A DNA stretch of 64,000 bases from an uncultured bacterium (lineage in GTDB: Bacteria; Bacillota_I; Bacilli_A; RF39; UBA660). Position numbers and translations under genes: made by a program. The stretch is from positions 188,482 to 252,481 of the forward strand of contig CAMERI010000002.1 of the NCBI GenBank assembly GCA_945935525.1, given 5' to 3'. Below, piece by piece: positions 61,263 through 64,000 of this stretch. The notes below the pieces were generated by a model, which saw only the letters and a program-made list of their open reading frames with translations, did no database searches and was not told the origin of the DNA. How positions within the stretch are numbered: position 1 is the first letter of the stretch; every line of letters begins with the position of its first letter.

Positions 61263-62057
61263 TTAATCTTTTAAGAATTTTTCATTTACTATTTTTATAA
61301 AATTATAATCTTTCATTCTTAGAAATTTTATTTTTTTATTTTTTACAAAGCACTCTATACTCTTTACATTTTCATATCTCTTGTTTGTACCATCAAATGT
61401 AATAATTAAGTCTTTTTTGATTGGTTTAATTAATATATTCTTCTTTTCTGGAAGAACTATTGGAGTAAGCAAGTTTCTATATACTTTTGTGTTTAATGGA
61501 GCAATTGGTGTTATTTGTAGTGTGTGTAGTGTGTTATAGATAAGAGCACCATTGAAACTAGTGTTGTATGCGCTACTTCCGACTGAAGTTGAAACTAAAA
61601 TTCCATCTCCTGCAAATGTTTCTAAGAAATATCCATCTATATAAATTTCCATAGTTAAAGCATTTAATTCCATTTGTCTAATAACTATTTCATTTAATGA
61701 GAAGTGTCTTGATACTGAGTCATCAGTGGTTATTTTTGTTTCGAGTGTTCCAATATTATCAACTTTAAAATTATTTTCATTCAAAGATGACACAAAATAT
61801 TCTAAATTATCTGGTTTGATTTCCTGAAGAAAACCTAAAGTACCGGTATTTATCCCAACATAATAGATATTACTATTAAAGTTAGTATTGTTAACCATTC
61901 TTAGAAATGAACCGTCTCCACCTATTGCAATTGCTAAATCATAATTTTCATCAACTAATTCAAAATTATATTTTTCTAATTCTTCTATAAGTTTTAATTT
62001 AATCTTATATGAAACTTCATTTTCATTAGCAAATATTTTTACTTTATTGATTTTTCT
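61263..62057 (-). CDS. nadK: NAD kinase
   Basis: GGDGS/T motif and an NE/D short motif; start probably MRKINKVKIF, just after the nrtR stop. Confidence 0.85.
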   Translation of the reverse strand, partial: RKINKVKIFANENEVSYKIKLKLIEELEKYNFELVDENYDLAIAIGGDGSFLRMVNNTNFNSNIYYVGINTGTLGFLQEIKPDNLEYFVSSLNENNFKVDNIGTLETKITTDDSVSRHFSLNEIVIRQMELNALTMEIYIDGYFLETFAGDGILVSTSVGSSAYNTSFNGALIYNTLHTLQITPIAPLNTKVYRNLLTPIVLPEKKNILIKPIKKDLIITFDGTNKRYENVKSIECFVKNKKIKFLRMKDYNFIKIVNEKFLKD

Positions 62058-62061
62058 CATA

Positions 62062-62880
62062 TTATTTACCTTTGTATTTGAATAGTACACTTGGTCTATG
62101 GCCTTCTCCAGTTTTAATTTTGTCTGTTTTTTCAACTTTATTTGCTATTATTCTTCTGAATGCTGGATCTAATAATTTCTTATTAAGTATTACTTCATAT
62201 ACTTGTTGAAGTTCACCTAATGTAAAATATTCACTCATCATATTAAATACAATATCAGTGTACATAATTTTGTTTTTTAATCTTTCAATTCCACTTACTA
62301 TTACAAGTGGATGGTCAAATGCTAAAGAATCGTTTTTCACTATATCAAATTTATACCTATCAGATGTGCTTTCTTTAAGGGCTTTACTTACTACAAAATT
62401 TAGTGTTTCATTACCATTATCAAGTGTTACATTAAAACTCTTTTCATCTTCAATATAGCTAATGTTAAACCATGATGTGTTTTCATATAAAGAATCGTTT
62501 AGTTTAGTTTTGTCTACTAGGGCCATGTATGAAACACTTAGTACTCTTGTTCTTGGATCTCTATCAATACTATCAAATGTATATAGTTGTTCCATAAATA
62601 TGTTGTGTAGATTTGTTTCACTTGCTAGGACTCTTCTTGCAGCTTCTTCTGTAGTTTCAGTATTCTTTACAAATCCTCCTGGAAGACACCATTTTCCTTT
62701 AAATGGATATTCTTTTCTTTTGACAAGTAAGACACTATAAAACTTATCTTTTAATTTTCTATAATTATTTTGTACTCCGCTTGATACGCTTAATAGTAAA
62801 ACATCACTTGTTACTGATGGATGATCGTATATGCTTGCATCATAGTTTTTTAAAAATTCTTCTTCGCTTTTATATTCCAT
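62062..62880 (-). CDS. nrtR: NrtR-family NUDIX/winged-helix transcriptional regulator of NAD metabolism
   Basis: Nudix box; C-terminal FTLGELQQVYEVILNKKLLDPAFRRII...RPSVLFKY wHTH signature; embedded in the nadD-pncC-nrtR-nadK cluster. Confidence 0.8.
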   Translation of the reverse strand: MEYKSEEEFLKNYDASIYDHPSVTSDVLLLSVSSGVQNNYRKLKDKFYSVLLVKRKEYPFKGKWCLPGGFVKNTETTEEAARRVLASETNLHNIFMEQLYTFDSIDRDPRTRVLSVSYMALVDKTKLNDSLYENTSWFNISYIEDEKSFNVTLDNGNETLNFVVSKALKESTSDRYKFDIVKNDSLAFDHPLVIVSGIERLKNKIMYTDIVFNMMSEYFTLGELQQVYEVILNKKLLDPAFRRIIANKVEKTDKIKTGEGHRPSVLFKYKGK

Positions 62881-62889
62881 ATTGCCTCC

Positions 62890-63360
62890 TTATAATATTT
62901 CTATTAACTTATCTAGTATATCATTTACTATTAGTTCTTTTACCTCTTTACGTGGTTTATTTGGAACTGTTATTTTCATATCAGTGTGTGTACTATTCTT
63001 ACTATTGAATATACTTACAAATACTTCATTATCATTTCCGCTTAAATTATTTTCATCAACTCTATTTATCTTTCCAGTTATGCCAACTCCATAAGTACTT
63101 CCTGCGAACTTACTTATATTTTCACTCATTTCGTGAGCAGTTTCAATGCTATAAACAGAATATTTTTCAATAACTTTAGGGTCAACTCCCATTTTAATTT
63201 TATATTCATTTGAATAAGTAACTGCTGAAAACTTTAGAGCTTCACTTGAACCATCAACGCATGTAATAGTACTTGCAAAATATCCTCCAGTACAACTTTC
63301 CATTGATGCAATTGTTTCTTTTTTATCTATTAATTTTTTTACTACTTCTTTTTCTTTCAT
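62890..63360 (-). CDS. pncC: CinA C-terminal-domain protein / NMN amidohydrolase
   Basis: ESCTGG motif; 156 aa. Confidence 0.75.
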   Translation of the reverse strand: MKEKEVVKKLIDKKETIASMESCTGGYFASTITCVDGSSEALKFSAVTYSNEYKIKMGVDPKVIEKYSVYSIETAHEMSENISKFAGSTYGVGITGKINRVDENNLSGNDNEVFVSIFNSKNSTHTDMKITVPNKPRKEVKELIVNDILDKLIEIL

Positions 63361-63396
63361 AATACCTCTTTTATATAAATTGATTATAACACATTA

Positions 63397-63957
63397 TTAA
63401 CTAACATATAAATTATTTCTTTTAATATAGTCATAAACTTTTAAATCAATATACTTTAATACATCTTTGTTATTATTTAAGATCATGTTTCTTACAATAG
63501 TAGATGATGTCTCTTTACTTGATATTTTGTTTTTGACTATAAAGTTATAATTTTCATACTTCTTATAAATAGATTCTTCTATATCATTTCTTCTAATAAC
63601 TATTATATTGTATTTTAGAATCTCTGATACATTTTTCCATTTATCAAAATCTTTTAGTAAATCATCTCCAATAACTAGATAAATCTTATCATTTTTGTAT
63701 TCATTTTGAATATTTCTTAGTACTTGATATGTAAATTCATAATTATTATTTTTATTATCAATTACTATGTCTTTCGTTTCATATAGTTTTAACATATTAA
63801 TTCTATCTTTAATACTAATTAGATTATTTTTATTCCAGTAACTCATTGTTGGAACTATTATGACTTTATCTACATATTCTTTAAGAATCTTTTTAACTAC
63901 TTTTATGTGACCTTTATGAACTGGATTGAAACTACCTACATAAACAGCTATTTTCAT
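63397..63957 (-). CDS. nadD: nicotinate-nucleotide adenylyltransferase
   Basis: N-terminal GSFNPVHKGH (H/T)xGH nucleotidyltransferase motif. Confidence 0.9.
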   Translation of the reverse strand: MKIAVYVGSFNPVHKGHIKVVKKILKEYVDKVIIVPTMSYWNKNNLISIKDRINMLKLYETKDIVIDNKNNNYEFTYQVLRNIQNEYKNDKIYLVIGDDLLKDFDKWKNVSEILKYNIIVIRRNDIEESIYKKYENYNFIVKNKISSKETSSTIVRNMILNNNKDVLKYIDLKVYDYIKRNNLYVS

Positions 63958-64000
63958 AATTTAAATCTTTTTATTGGGCCTGTTCTTTCAAGCGTTGCTT

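Overview
This 64 kb window is an AT-rich (about 27% GC) chromosomal segment from a low-GC Gram-positive bacterium (Bacillota). It is probably an endospore-former or a recent descendant of one, given yunB, yutD, SipW-type signal peptides and FemAB. Almost all genes lie on the minus strand.

Housekeeping content:
- topoisomerase IV (parE-parC)
- hisS, trmD, rimM, ftsA-ftsZ
- secE-nusG-rplK-rplA, smpB-rnr-secG, eno, rny
- two D-Ala-D-Ala carboxypeptidases
- a nadD-pncC-nrtR-nadK NAD operon
- 14 tRNA genes: a 12-gene minus-strand array with its own promoter and terminator, plus a tRNA-Ile/Glu pair on the plus strand

Accessory content:
- a 1079-aa BspA-type leucine-rich-repeat surface protein
- a Fic/RhuM-family gene with a decayed partial copy next to it
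- an orphan MutH/Sau3AI-like endonuclease beside the tRNA array
- a hybrid histidine kinase with a GT2 glycosyltransferase
- a thioredoxin-CcdA fusion

The most interesting region is a compact six-gene minus-strand operon at 41.5-47.1 kb. It is bracketed by Rho-independent terminators and encodes:
- a NUDIX/winged-helix (NrtR-like) regulator
- a truncated pyruvate-kinase-like barrel
- a divergent adenylosuccinate-synthetase (PurA) paralogue
- a uridine-kinase-like P-loop kinase
- a J-domain fused to a degenerate (HGN) protein-kinase domain
- a vWA protein with a Ser/Tyr-rich tail

A 20-bp palindrome-containing motif is shared by the regulator's own promoter and the promoter-proximal region of the downstream genes. 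I read this operon as a previously undescribed system that makes a nucleotide-derived metabolite and couples it to a vWA/kinase signalling or conflict module.

All calls rest on reading the sequence and the translated ORFs by eye. No searches were run.
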